This document shows positions 25,117-39,309 of a stretch of DNA of 64,000 bases, piece after piece. The stretch lies in assembly GCF_037042905.1 (NCBI RefSeq), contig NC_087251.1:47928001-47992000 (forward strand), in the 5' to 3' direction. A program made the translations under genes and the position numbers. This DNA is from Lytechinus pictus (taxonomy: Eukaryota). Numbering within the stretch: position 1 is the first letter of the stretch; each line of letters begins with the position of its first letter. Below the pieces are notes generated by a model. The model saw only the letters and a list, made by a program, of their open reading frames with translations, had not been told where the DNA came from and did no database searches.

Positions 25117-25819
25117 GTATGTTAATCACTTGTTATTACTTGTATTGTAATTATATACAGAAAGTAAAGAGAGAAGCACAATCTCAATGACAAAAATTAC
25201 ACAAAATTTATGAATGCTAGTTGATATTGTGTAGAACTGCCAAATATTTGTATGATCAAATGTACTTTTTTTATTTTTCTGACAATTTGACCAAATATAT
25301 TATTAAAATAGAAGTTCTTGGCATTTAAATAATGCACACCTGTGGGGCATAATCACCTGCAATTTAGTATAATTGTATCTACGTATGCATGTGATATATT
25401 GTAATATGTAATGTTTTTATTACAAATTATGTTTATAATGTGAGCAAAACGAATTTCCGTGTGGACAATAAAATAGAATTAAATTGTATTGTATGTACAT
25501 ATAGGTGCTAAAAAACTATCAGAAAGTCTCCAGCCAAGGTTCTCTGAAATGATTCAGTAATCTAATCTTTAGAATAAAGATTTAGGAATTTGACTTCAAT
25601 AAAGATGTCTTATTAAAGTAGTGTTGTTTTCTTGTATATTTTTGTTCTTCTGGAATTATAATCAATTATCTAATACCAAAAGAAGACTCCAGATTTTGTT
25701 TAAGGCCATTTCTTGCTAAGAATTTCAGATCTAGAACTTCTACAGCACAATATATAGTGTATGCTTTCAACAAGGTTTGGAATGGTTCTTATTCCTAAGG
25801 GGATGGCCAAAGTGTCAGG

Positions 25820-27740
25820 CAGGGTTGGGCGGTAAATACCGTCCGGTAAATAAGATGGGCGTTCGGTAAATATGTAAAAAACGGGAAATATGATTTATAA
25901 TTTTTTTTTTTCAATAATTTTAGTTGTTTTTAACCTCAACAAATGAAAATAGTGTTCTGAAATAATTAGAATCACAAAACTCATAGTAGAAACACACAAA
26001 CAGATAAAATCAATACTGCATACACGTACATACCCAAACACACATAGGATCTAAGTCCACACATACGTACACAAACTCAAATTATGTTCCTGGAAATTGA
26101 ATAATCATATTAAAACATAAACAAATATTTCTCCCGGGGTTTAACTTTTTACGTGCCATTGTATCTCATTACAATATGATTTTTGTTTTTAAGTGTGAAT
26201 AAAGCTCAGTATTCTACTGTATGTAAGGAGTTTTAGTGTGTACATGTATCAGTGTGTACTAGTGGTTGCTGGTTTTGAATTTTGATATTGCTTACAGAAA
26301 AAGATCTTTTCATAGCCTAAAAAATTACACAACTCGGATTATGCCATTTTTAATGTTGTAATTCTTTTAATATAACTTTTAAAAGAAGTTTAACAAACAA
26401 AGCAAACACAAAAATTAAAAAGCATAACTTATACAAATGTACACAAAAGTGGAAAGAGGTGTCAAAAGTTGTTTCCTTTAAGAAATATAAAATGAATACA
26501 ATAACAACATAATTGACATACAAGGCGGGGTAAGTTGTGACACTTTTTGCACTTTGCATGATAGAATTGATATGACTAATAATATTGTAGAAATAAGTAC
26601 CTTGCCTTTAAATATGATTCTTGGGAAATCTTTTTCACCTATATACAACTTTCTACCCCCACACTGAAAGTCGTTGTGACCTTTGAAAAAAACAATGTCA
26701 AGTGGCACAACTTGCCCCATCTATGGGGTAAGTTGTGCCACCTTCGAGGGTAAGTTGAGCCACAAAAACTATGTACAAAATGTATGCGGGAAGAACCAGC
26801 ATGTCAATGTTTTATTTAAAGTCTTTTCACTTGCTAATTCTCTAAAAATACCAACATTCTCTAAAAGTAAAAGAACTGTCATGTGAATTTGCTCTTTTCT
26901 GTCTGCATATCGATGGCTTTTTAAGGTTTTATTGTGTTTTTGTTTACATTACCATAAGAATTACCATGGCTCAACTTGCCCCATGTTTGCTGGCTCAACT
27001 TACCCCAGTCCGAACTTAATGCGATAATTTCGCATCCACACATTTCTTATGTATCCATCATGTAAAAGACTGTGACAAGAATGAAGATCCATACCTGGAC
27101 TGACAATGTTGTTCTTATGCTTTATTATATGTAAAGAAGTGTGTGTGTAAAAAACACTTATCTATTTCACACCCTTTTTTACTTTTTTGGCTGAAATGTG
27201 TATTTTTCCCTCTAAAAATATACTTTTTGTTTCAAAGTTGAAAAGAATGTGGTGGGGTTAATGGTTATGTAATGGGTCATCAATACATGACACCACCACA
27301 TTGTCTGACTCATTCATTATTGGCCTGGGGCGGTGGCTCAACTTGCCCCTATGCTCAACTTACCCCGCCTTCCCCTACATGTAGGTATTCATGAATATGG
27401 TAATTATTGACTGACTTAATGAAGAACATCATATCTAAATTAGATGTATATTTGGGATCTTTTTAGTATTTTATTGTATTTTTTCCAGCATTTCATGATA
27501 ACAGACATAGATAACACCCAAACATAAACACACACACACTCACACAAATGGTACACACCAGAGTGCTCACCACCTTTGTTTTTATGTTAAAAATTTGACA
27601 ATCCTATAGAAAAGTGAGTGGAAAATTATATTTCCCGGTATTTCCCGGTGAAAAGTGGTAAATACCGGAAAAAAGCGGTAAATACCGCTTATTTCCCGGC
27701 GTCCGGGAAATAAGCCTCCGAAGCGGGAAATATGCCAACC
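25820..27740. mobile_element. Degenerate TIR element with CGGTAAATA/CGGGAAATA subterminal repeats
   Basis: CAGGGTTGGGCGGTAAATA at left, GCGGGAAATATGCCAACC at right; motif clusters at both ends; TSD not resolved. Confidence 0.5.
26522..27375. mobile_element. TA-flanked Tc1/pogo-like non-autonomous element (left end uncertain)
   Basis: AAGGCGGGGTAAGTTG is inverted at CAACTTACCCCGCCTTCCCC|TA; several internal GGGGYAAGTTG repeats. Confidence 0.6.
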
Positions 27741-28068
27741 ACACCAGGACCAATTGGAAGGTACTGAGTGGGTGAGTGTGGGCCCAAACATTACATGTAT
27801 GTATTGTAAAATGAAATAATGACGCAGATCCTTGTTATTTGAGAAATCACCCGCATCTCAAACCATGACATAGTTATGGCCCATCATGACTGTGATGTCA
27901 TACATGTATACTACAGTGTATCACTGTATGTGTTAATTGAAAATTCAAATTTAATTAATGCCTTGTCACATGCATGGTCTCAACCAATTGATTAAATGGT
28001 ATCTGCTTTATCTGCTTTATCTGCCAATGAATATTGAACTGCCTTTCTGTAAATGATAATTCATTTAA

Positions 28069-30876
28069 GGACGTTCCACAGTTATGTTTGTGCGCATCAT
28101 GATCTGCGCATAATTTACACTCTGCGCGCTGACGTCACAATGGATATGAACTGGTGATTTAATCAGCTGTAGGTAATGTGAGCTGATTTTTCTCCTTATC
28201 TGCACAAACTGCAGATCCGATGTGTTATTTTATGAAGCTAATAAAGTGGAATTATTCCATGGACCATTTTTTAAATTCCTCTTCAATTTCAAAATAGTTT
28301 CTCCGTAGTGCTGCAAAGTATGATGAATATGACCCCGAGTTTGAATAAATGGAAAAGTGGTTCGGAATTTTTCCTTTTAATAAAGCTTTTGGCGCGTTTT
28401 GGGGTGTTTTAACAAGCAAATTTGCTCTAATAAGAGTGCTGATAGTTTGAAAGCAAGCACATGAACCCATAGTTTTTAATGTTTGCACCTCTTAGGTATA
28501 CCTTCCTCTACAACTTTGCAAAGTTTGGTGAAAATGTTTTGAATAAAGTGCAGCATTTCTTTTACTTCTCAAGTTTGTTATTGAAATTTCACATTTTTGA
28601 GGTTGAGTATCTTTCCAGCAATTTCTAAGAACTGAGAGTGTTGTTAGACTTAAATGAGCAAACAATTGACAGCAATATAAATAGATTATCCATCTTATGG
28701 ATACAATTATTAATCATATTGCAACATTTGATGAAATTTTCATGGATTTTGACTGAGTAATAGAGCTTTAAACTCAATGTTGTGATCTCGTGAGGTCTAA
28801 AAATGCCAAATTCTTTTGGATGCACGATTCTTAAGAACATCCATTTGGGTAAACTTTGAAGCTCTATAGCAAAAAATCAAGCACATAGACCCATGTTAAT
28901 TTTTGCATATTTGGAATATTCAGGTGCTAAAGTATTTATGTGCAAAGTATGATGAAAATGACATGGATTTTCAATGTTTGGGAGTAAGAATACGGAACCA
29001 TTCGCATTTTAGATGGTATATTAACAGACTTTTGCTTGTTTTCGGCGCATTTTGGGCTGTTTCAAGCCAACTCGCTATACTTTGGACACTGATAATTTGA
29101 AAACGAGCACATGGACCCCATAGTTTAAATGTCTTGACTTCTTCAAAATATATTCCTCTACAAATCTAGAGAGTATGATGAAAATGACATGGATTTTGAA
29201 TGTTTGGGAGCAGGACTATAAGGAACATTCGTATTTTAGACATTTTGGACGGTATTAGACTTTTGCCCGTTTAAGGCGCATTGTAGACTGTTTCAAGCCA
29301 ACTCTCAACATTTTAGACACTGATAGTTTGATAACGAGCACATGGACCCCATATTTCTAATATTTTAACGTCTTCAATATATATTCCTCTACAAATCTAG
29401 AGAGTATGATGAAAATGACATGGATTTTGAGTGTTTGGGAGCAGAACTAAGGAACCATTCGTATTTTCGACATTTTAGACGGTATAATCAGACTTTTACT
29501 TGTTTCGGCGCATTTTGGGCTGTTTCAAGCCAACTCGCAATACTTTAGACACTGATAGTTTGATAACTAGCACATGGACCCCATAGTTTAAATATCTTGA
29601 CTTCTTCAATATATATTCCTTTACAAAGCTAGAGAGTATGATGAAAATGACATGGATTTTGAGTGTTTGGGAGCAGAACTAAGGAACCATTCGTATTTTC
29701 GACATTTTAGACGGTATAATCAGACATTTGCATGTTTTCCGCGCATTTTAGGCGATTTTCAAGCCAACATGCAACATTTTGGACACTGATAGTTAAAAAA
29801 CGAGCACATGGACCCCATATTTTTAATATTTTAATGTCTTTAGAATATATTCTTCTACAAATATGGAGAGTATGATGAAAATTACATGGATTTTGAATGT
29901 TTGGAAGCGAAATATGGAACCATTTGCATTTTAGAGTGTATTAAGAGACTTTTGCATGTTTTCGGCGCTTTTTACGCGATTTTCAAGCCAACTTGCAACA
30001 CTTGGGACACCAATAGTTTAAAAACGAGCACATGGACCCCCTATTTTTAATATTTTAATGTCTTCATAATATATTCTTCTACAAAACTAGATAGTATGAT
30101 GAAAATGACATGGATTTTGAATGTTTGGGAGCAAAACTACAGTACCATTTGCATTTTAGATGATATTATTTTACTTTTTGCTTGTTTTCGGCGCACTTTA
30201 GGCGGATTTCAATATTTTCAAGCCAACTCGCAACAATTTGGACACTGATAGTTTAAAAACGAGCACATGGACCCCATACTTTTAATATTTTAATGCCTTT
30301 AGAATATATCCCTCTACAAATCTAGAGATTATGATGAAAATGACATGGATTTCGAATGTTTGGGAGCGAAATATGGAACCATTTGCATTTTAGAGTGTAT
30401 TAAGAGACTTTTGCATGTTTTCGGCGCTTTTTACGCGATTTTCAAGCCAACTTGCAACACTTGGGACACCAATAGTTTAAAAACGAGCACATGGACCCCC
30501 TATTTTTAATATTTTAATGTCTTCATAATATATTCTTCTACAAATCAAATAGTTTTACCAATTAAAAGACTTTCTCTTACTTTGGTATACACTTTGTTAT
30601 ATATCTTGAAAATTTGATGAAGTTTGATGCGGTATACACTGAGTAAAGATGATTTAAACTCATTTGGTGAATTCGTGAAGTCTAAGAGAGGCATGATTAT
30701 CTTGATTGCGCAAGATTGCATGTCATACAAATACGGCGACTTTGAAGACCCGTAGAAAAAAATAAGCACATGAACCTATACTATTTTTTGCATTTTCATA
30801 ATTCATAGATACCAAAGTAACTCTCTGCAAAATTTGGTGACAATGACATGGACTTCACTTTAACTGTGGAACGTCC
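28069..30876. mobile_element. Kolobok-type element with internal ~230-bp tandem array
   Basis: TTAA|GGACGTTCCACAGTTA ... TAACTGTGGAACGTCC|TTAA. GCACATGGACCC recurs about every 225-235 bp (7 clear units, 29107-30490). Confidence 0.9.
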
Positions 30877-31088
30877 TTAAGAAGTGCTTTATTAATTCAC
30901 AATGCTTTGTATTGGCTCACAATGTTTGTAAAGTTTCATTTACTTGATCAATATGAGAATCTCTAGTTACACTTGTAGTGTTTGCAGTGCTCTCAAATTT
31001 GTCAATATGAACAATGATAGCACTGGAGTAAAGTGAGAAAAAAAGTTTAGAATAAGTGACATACTAAAAGAGCATTTTTTTTCGTTCA

Positions 31089-32592
31089 TTTTTGTCTCGC
31101 CTGCATAGCAGAGCGAGACTATAGGCGCCGCTTTTCCGACGGCGGCGGCGTCAACATCAAATCTTAACCTAAGGTTAAGTTTTTGAAATGACATCATAAC
31201 TTAGAAAGTATGTGGACCTAGTTCATGAAACTTGGACAAAAGGTTAATCAAGTATTACTGAACATCCTGCCTGATTTTCAGGTCACATGACCAAGGTCAA
31301 AGGTCATTTAGGGTCAATGAACTTAGACCATGTTGGGAAAATTATTTTCAAAATCTTAACCGAAGGTTAAGTTTTTGAAATGACATCATAACTTATAAAG
31401 TATATGGACCTAGTTCATGAAACTTGGGCATAAGGTTAATCAAGTATTAGTGAACATCCTGCTCGAGTTTCAGGTCACGTGACCAAGGTCAAAGGTCATT
31501 TAGGGTCAATGAACTTTGATCAAGTTGGGGGTATTTGTTGAATTACTATCATAACTTTGAAAATTTAAGGATCTAGTCCATGAAACTTGGACATAAGGTT
31601 AATCAAGTATTAGTGAACATCCTGCCTGAGTTTCAGGTCACATGACCAAGGTCAAAGGTCATTTAGGGTCAATGAACTTTGGCCAAGTTGGGGGTATTTG
31701 TTGAATTACCATCATAACTTTGAAAATGTATGGATTTAGTCCATGAAACTTGGACATAAGGTTAATCAAGTATTAGTGAACATCCTGCTTGAGTTTCAGG
31801 TCACATGACCAAGGTCAAAGGTCATTTAGGGTCAATGAACTTTGGCCAAGTTGGGGGTATTTGTTGAATTACCATCATAACTTTGAAAATTTATGGATTT
31901 AGTTCATGAAACTTGGACATTAGGTTAATCAAGTACCACTGAATATCCTGTGCGAGTTTCAGGTCACATGACCATGGTCAATGGTCATTTAAGGTCAATG
32001 AACTTTGGCCGTGTTGGGGGTATATGTTAAATTACCATCCTAGCTCTGAAAGTTTATGGATCTAGTTCATAAAACTTGGACATAAGAGTAATCAAGTATC
32101 ACTGAACATCCTGTACGAGTTTCAGGTCACATGACCATGGTCAAAGGTCATTAAAGGTCATCGAACTTTGGCCGTGTTGGGGGTATTTGTTGAATTACCA
32201 TCCTAACTGTGAAAGTTTATGGATCTAGTTCATAAAACTTGGGATATAAGAGTAATCAAGCATCACTGAACATCCCCTGTGAGTTTCAGGTCACAAAACC
32301 AAGTCAAAGGTCAGTTAAGGTCAATAAACTTAGGCCATGTTGGGGTAATTGTTGAAGTGCCATCATAACTTTGAAAGTTTATGGATAGAGTGAATGAAAT
32401 GTGGACATGGGTGTAGTTGACAGTCTTAAGTCTCCGTTCAAATTTCATTTATGGTCAATGAACGTGGTATTATGTCATTTATATGAATGATGTTTTTGTG
32501 AATGATTATTTTATAGTAGTTTTCAAAGTTAGCACTGCTGCTATATTAGATTGCGTAATGCAGGCGAGACTGCCAGAGGCGTTCCACTTGTT
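31089..32592 (+). mobile_element. Helentron-associated non-autonomous element (HINE/DINE-like) with 163-bp core repeats
   Basis: 5' T-run, subterminal IR GTCTCGCCTGCA with nearby short IR GCGAGAC, (GGC)n, 7 tandem units, 3' subterminal IR TGCAGGCGAGAC, TT end. Confidence 0.8.
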
Positions 32593-32985
32593 ATTTTTAC
32601 TATGGCATATCTCTTTGCCGTATGATTAAATTCAGTTAAATATGAGCTTTGCTTTTGTTACATCAGGGCAGTAATTAAGCCTCCAGATATTTGGCTAGTT
32701 AGCTGTCCTAGAGACTGAGGGTGTTGCAAGAAAATATTTGCAATCATTTTCAGTTGCAAATGTACAAGTGATGAGAACAATCTTAATTAAAGCAAATCAG
32801 TTTATAGTTGTCAATACAAGAAGCAGACCAGTGACCAGTTGCAAATTGGCAATTAATTGTAAGACTTGTGATCGATCGGGAACCTGAAATTGACTTGCAA
32901 TCGATTGCAAGTGTTTTTCTACTGCCTGAATAGATTATTTTTCATCCTCTAAAGCTTGCAGATCTCTCATTTTTCCTTATTGCAG

Positions 32986-33140
32986 TCCTTCGTGCCACTG
33001 TACCAAGACTTTGACAGTTTCTTCACACGTCATGTCTACCGAAAAATACGGGACAATTGGAATGTTCCGATTGCCAGTGCTCCTACTGCACGTTTTGATC
33101 TGATGGGGAGATACAGCGAAGATCACTTTTGGACATTCAA
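32986..33140 (+). CDS. SPTLC2: SPT2 exon 3 (SFVPLYQDFDSFFTRHVYRKIRDNWNVPIASAP...WTFK)
   Basis: ttgcAG / GTAAGT, 155 nt, phase 0/2; conserved FVxLYQDFxxFxTR..Y..IRDxWNxPIxSxP. Confidence 0.97.
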
Positions 33141-33630
33141 GTAAGTGTGCTTTGCCATAGGAGTGTTCACCTCTTTGCAAAGCTGGATATACATGTTTTC
33201 AAGTTAACAGTTATGTTCCTATGACGTTGCAAAGTGCTGTATTTTCAAAATAATTATGCATGTTGGCAATGTTGCATTGAATGCCAGAAACTTTAATCTT
33301 GAATCTTGACTTTCTTGCAGCCAAAATGCTAACTTTATGCCAGAATCTTGAATTTTGATGTTAATCTTGAATTTATTGCAACCATAATGCTAACTATATT
33401 TGTTGTTTTAATATTAAAGCCTTACTCTTCTAGCAAAGGAGGGTTCCTTGCATGAACAGGCATACTTGTAAAAGCAGGGAATCATTGCTCTGTATGTGAG
33501 TGTGACATTATTTGGTTGTGCAATGTGCAAAATAAAATGTATGTCATGGTTGAATACTGCAAACTGTAGACTAGATGGAATAGAAGCTTGGAGGATTTGT
33601 GTTGTGTCCAAATGTAGCAACGATGTATAA

Positions 33631-34021
33631 TACCCCTTTCATAAACCCAATAAAACATATCCTCCAATTAGCCGCCTAAGAGTAATGCGGATAATTCAAT
33701 AAAAATTGCGTTCACAAACTCCATAAATTATTTTTACGAGCGCCCATCCTGAAAAAGGCGGATAATCGTCATGACAACTGGACACGCCCCCTCCAATGCG
33801 GTTGTGTTGGAAAAGGGTGACCTTGTGACCGCACCATGGCAATTATCCGCATTATTTGGAAATACGTTCATAAACTCAAAATCTTGTACCGATGCCGCTA
33901 TTATGCGGATAATAGCAGCATCAGAATAATGCGGATAACTCTTGTCCTCCTCTGATTTTACGACCAAATTATGCTGCTATTAGCCGCATAATTGTGTTTT
34001 ATTGGGTTTATGAAAGGGGTA
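33631..34021. mobile_element. Harbinger-like MITE
   Basis: TIR TACCCCTTTCATAAACCCAATAAAACA; 3-bp TSD TAA. Confidence 0.85.
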
Positions 34022-35587
34022 TAAGACTCATGTATCTGATGCCCTTCCATGGGTTGTGATTGGCCAAGTTCTAAGCACTGTTGTCTGACTGTTACTGCGG
34101 TAACTGTCCGTTGTTAATAACTTGTCAGTGCTGATTACTTTCATAAAATGGCCTCCTGAGCTGTCTGTCAATGTTTCAGCCACTACTGGGAGACTTTCCT
34201 TGTGAAGAAGCCTCAAGAAAAGAGCTGGTAAATCACTTCATGAGTGGTATTCTCAATTTCTCATAGCATTGGTTTCGGTAACTTAGATTACACTTTTATG
34301 GAGTGCCAGTCGTCTACCCAAGTGTGAAGTTAAAGTTTATTCAATAAGTAAAAATAGATTTAAAATGCAGTGGCAAAAAATTTGATTAAAATTTGAATTG
34401 AGAATGAATGTTTATTCTTTCATTATCTTTACTATTAATATTGAAGAGGTAAGATTAAATCTACCATGCTGTGGAAGTGTGGACTTCTTGTTTAGTGTGA
34501 GGTTAAACTTGGGTTTAATATTCAGAATAATACCCAATGACTACATGTATGAGTTGAGTGAAACATAGTTATCCTGCGAGACAAAATATATCAAATTGCA
34601 GTCAGTTATCAAAATCAGAAGTAGAAGCCAAGCCTTATCCAATACCCCCACATCTTGGCATGCACATGCTACCCAACAAGAACAGTACCAGCATAATTGC
34701 TGTATTTTGCAATATGAACGCTTGAAGAGTATGCTGAAGAGGAAAATGAACCCATTGTGTGATCTTTATAGATGCTGAAACTTTAATATGCATTTCCATG
34801 TGCATATTCCATTTGCTGTATTACAGATTTTCTGTCTGCAAATGAACAATAGGCCTAATAATCATAATGATATTAATTAATCTAGTAATGGCCACTTGAA
34901 TCTAGTGATTGTATTTATATGCCACTTTTTTTTTTTTTAGGTTTGTGCCTCAAAACTATTACAGTGTTGCCAAATGTTCAGTTTTTAACTGCATTGTGCA
35001 TTTTTTAAAGTTTTTATAAATTTCCCCCCAAATTGAATGTTCAGATTTGGGGATTTGTGAGTATGGATTTGGGTGCATATATAATAGTGTGTCAATTATC
35101 AATATCATTATTATTGTTTTTGTTAAATGTAGGCCCATATCCAATTATCCATTTCTGTATTCTAGTTAAGCAAATCATAACACACCCTGATAGAGTAATT
35201 CTTGAGGCTGAATAATTTCCTCTTGGGGTATGCACCAGATTGCACAATTGTAAGTCTAAAAATGCTAAAGCTCCAGCTACGTACCACAGGGTGGGGGACA
35301 GTCCGGGGCACCCCCTCCCCCTCGGTCGCTCCGGTCCCTCGCAATAATTGGTTCAGTTTTCTGCATTTCAAATGTTGGCAAGCCTATTATTACCCTGCTG
35401 GTCTGGCAATGACGGGAATATTTTGACTGCAAAATGAGAATCCACACAGTTTTTTTCATTTTAGCCCAAAAGATTCAAATCAATCAACTTTGAAGACCAT
35501 ACTGTTCATTTATAGGAAGGTGAACATCTGTGGGCAGATTCCCGAGTGGAATACTCGCTCTGTGTAAATGACAATCAAGATGAACTC

Positions 35588-36092
35588 CCGGGGGGGGGGG
35601 GCACTTCCATTGATGAGTGGATAACATGAGTGACCCCAAAAACATGTAAAAAGGATCTCTTTTTCAAGATAAGGCATGTTACAAATGTATCGTCAAAAAC
35701 ACTAAAATAATTTTAAAAGGGTATATATTATCAAAAAAAAAAAAAAAAAAATTAAATGAAATAACGGATTTTTTTTTTACCCTGGCAACACTAGGTGTAT
35801 AGGGTCTGATGCGAGCGAGGTGTGTGGGGTGGTACTAAACCCAATGAACCCAAAGCCGACATCTGTAATCACGTCCGTGACAACAATTAAGATATCATTT
35901 GTTTAGGGGGTCAATTCAGGAAATGCTTGTCAAGGGTATCGTTTTGTTTCCAATACTTATTAAAGGTAGTGTTTTACACGCCAATACTTGCTTAGGGGTA
36001 CATTTTCAGAACATGGAAAATACTTGTTTAGGGTGCTTTTCGAAACCACGCATGGTATCCACTCATCAATGGAAGTGCCCCCTTCCCCCCGG
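35588..36092. mobile_element. CCGG(G)nCACT-family MITE
   Basis: GGGCACTTCCATTGATGAGTGGATA is inverted at the right end; 8-bp TSD ATGAACTC. Confidence 0.88.
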
Positions 36093-36123
36093 ATGAACTC
36101 AATGATGGAGAAACGCTCTTATA

Positions 36124-36532
36124 AGGGCCGTCTGCACCAGCCCGAGTTTTCAAATTAGCGCGCTATTTCTGATCCGGCAAATTATCCCGATCTGAACAAT
36201 CTCAAGATTATTTGTAATGGAGACGCAATTATTGCGCTAGTTCGCTGGATTAATCTCGAGATTGCAATTCCAAGTCAACTTGGGATTATTTGCAAAATAG
36301 CGCGCTTCTTTACGAATTATCCCGCTAATTTGCAGGTGCAGACGAACTCGGGATTATTTATTCATGGCTTCTGACCATAATGCATGGATGCTTTGCTCGA
36401 GCAGGAATCGCTCTTCTTGCGATGGTGAAGACGGGATTTCTTGAATCTCGAGATTAATCGCGAAGAGGGCCGATCAGGCTAAAATCTCGAGATTGAGGAT
36501 TGAGCAAACTCGGGCTGGTGCAGCACCGCCCT
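36124..36532. mobile_element. Harbinger-like MITE
   Basis: AGGGCCGTCTGCACCAGCCCGAGTTT / AAACTCGGGCTGGTGCAGCACCGCCCT; 3-bp flanks ATA/ATA. Confidence 0.8.
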
Positions 36533-36648
36533 ATATAGACATATATGTACAATATACATCACTTCTGTATACATCGCTAGTCAAAGAGCACTGATCAAAA
36601 TAAATCTCTTCTTTCAAAGTCACATCTGCATATCTTACTTTCTATTAA

Positions 36649-37242
36649 AGGGGAATCCAACCCAAATGAAAACTTGTTTTTATAAGAAAAAGAAAAATCA
36701 GACAAGTTGATAGGTGAAAGTTTGAACAATATCGGACAGACAAAAAGAAAGTAATGATTTTTTAAAAGTTGTAAATATTGGTAATCACTATACCCATGGA
36801 GACTTCAAATTGGCCGTATATGGGATGTCATAGTGATGTAAGGCAAGGACTACTCTTCCATGCACTCCAATACATATTATGGCTAAAATGTCATTTTTCC
36901 CAAAAGTTTTATTTCAAATTATATTTTTCTTTCATTGAGGACATAAACAATATACTACCTGGGTTATATTTAGATCACTGCCCCAGGCGAATGGGTACTA
37001 GGAGAAAACCACAAATTCCTAGATAATAAAGTACATGGCCTATGGGAAAGTTGTCCTTGCCCTTGTCATAATTTACTTACCCAGTTGCCAATTTGAAATC
37101 TACATAGTATTAGTGATCTCAGTTTTAAAGCAGCTATAACTTTCTTATTGCTTGTCCGATTTCTTTCAAACTTTCAACATTCTGTTTGATTTATTTTTAT
37201 CCTTCCCAACACAACATTTTATGGCCAAGGCTGGATTCCCCT
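36649..37242. mobile_element. Kolobok-type MITE
   Basis: TTAA|AGGGGAATCCA ... TGGATTCCCCT|TTAA. Confidence 0.85.
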
Positions 37243-37889
37243 TTAATTAATTGCCATCTTTTGAAAATCTTTGACCCGTGAAGCTACATGTATTTTGCAC
37301 CCCCTGTCCCTGCAAACTCACTTTTATCCAAATTCCAGGGTCCACAATAAAAAAGGTGTGGTTGATCATATACATTTACCTCTATTGTTTGTAATTTTTT
37401 GGTAAATCTTCGTCCTCCTTTAGAATATGAATGCGCTTGGGTCAAGTTTGGTGGCTCCTGGGTGGTTCTCATAAGGCCAGGAAAGCATGTTGTAGAGCGA
37501 TGAATCATGATTTTACAGAGCTCTGACATTTTCTTGTATCATGATGTATTAATAAGAAAACAACTTTCTATTGCCTGTGTATTTTTGTTACAGCCTTCAC
37601 ATCTGGCATACATGTATGTAGGCCTATAGGGTAAAGCTAGGTTATACTTAGTTCAGAACCAAGATTTTGCAAAATTGTTGTCTCGATCAATATCAGTCAC
37701 CATGTAGAAATCAAGTGGAAATGTGACTGTGCAGGTCGAAAATTAAAAGTTAGATGAAAGATGAAAAAGGGCAAATCATCATCCAAAGATAACAGGAATA
37801 GCCCTTAATTTTTTTTTATTAAAGGGCTATTTAGATGATTTTGGTTTCCAATTATAAACTGTGTATATAATAATTCAGCCTTACCAATC

Positions 37890-38346
37890 CAATAGACCAG
37901 TTCGTAGTTACTGATGGACTATTTTGGTCAAATTACCTTTCATTTTTTTCATTATGATAGGCAGATTTCAAAGCAAGATATTACGCAAGCTTGCCTTACA
38001 TAGCAGGATGAAGAAATTGAATAGACCAGGTGACTAGAATAGCACACCAATGAACACTTTGTGAAGGTATTTGTTGCATTCCTACTTTGAATGCATATCA
38101 TAGCATGTTGCACAATGTACTTGGCAAACTGTGAAATACCAGTCGTTCGTGGACGCATTGTTGTTTTTTGTGGATGTAAATGAAAACCACTATTCAAAAG
38201 AATATATGAATAATCAAGACATCAAAGTTGGTGCTTATGTCATTAGATTTTAAACCACCATGTCACTTAAGTACAAATGACCTTCCTCTGATCATGCGTA
38301 GAATCTTTTGATCATGCGCAGAAAGGAACTACGAACTGGCTTATTG
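37890..38346. mobile_element. MITE, unclassified
   Basis: CAATAGACCAGTTCGTAGTT / AACTACGAACTGGCTTATTG inverted ends; no clean TSD. Confidence 0.6.
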
Positions 38347-38843
38347 CAGTGGAATTCAAGGCCTACAGTGAAAATTAGAGAAATTAATGAAAACTATTAT
38401 TTTTCTGTTCATACTTATACTGAGTATGAAGAAAGTTTTGAAATTGTTGTTATACCCCATATTGTCATCAAATGAATTGAAATACACAAGTCCGCTCTCT
38501 AGCAGTATTCCTGAAACTTTCCCACATTATTAATTGCAGCACTTGCTTTTGTATGCCATTACTTTCCCAGCACAGCTGAAGCTCCTTGGTTACAATGAGT
38601 TGCAACCTATTTGAACAAGTGTATGCTAATGTTTATTTTGTGAGTATAGTGAGAACTGTATATTGAGAAAAAGACCTTTTCATTCATGCTTTTCTTTTTA
38701 TTGATTGACGGAAAAGTAAACACACAGCACAGCTAGCCACCCACCGCTACCCAAAATTTGTGTTAAAAATGTCACACAATCGTTTTTGAGATCCTTGTCC
38801 ATTGCATTGTTCTATATCCAAGGCCGTTGTAGACCTGCATAGT

Positions 38844-39309
38844 AGGTGGTTTCGAACCGCCTCGATCATAAGAATCCCTGTTAAATTACGAGAACTTTTT
38901 TAGGCTAAAAAATACCCATTATTCCTGCATTCACACCGCCCCGAAACATACTCTTCAGGATAAGTTCCTGAAGTTACGAGCGTGCGCAGTATGGTCTGAT
39001 AAGCAGGCAAGGCGCGAGATTCAAAATCACTGGCTCAGCAGCCACCCACGGCGCCCATGCCTAACTAAGGTTAAAAGTTCTCGTAAATTGCTTTCACATT
39101 GCCAAAATACCTGCAACCTTGGAAAAATCCCCGCGAAAGTTCTCGTAATTTTGACAAGTACCTACTATTTAGTGGGTATTTTCTTTCGTGGAGATTACGC
39201 GTAATTTGCTTTCACATTGCCAATATTACCTGGTATTTTCTGATCGGGTAAATTTCCCGATCAGAAAATACCTGGAACTGACGAAATTGGAGGCGGTCTG
39301 AAACCACCT
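38844..39309. mobile_element. Harbinger-like MITE
   Basis: AGGTGGTTTCGAACCGCCTC / GAGGCGGTCTGAAACCACCT; 3-bp TSD AGT. A partial second copy lies at 42475-42660. Confidence 0.85.
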
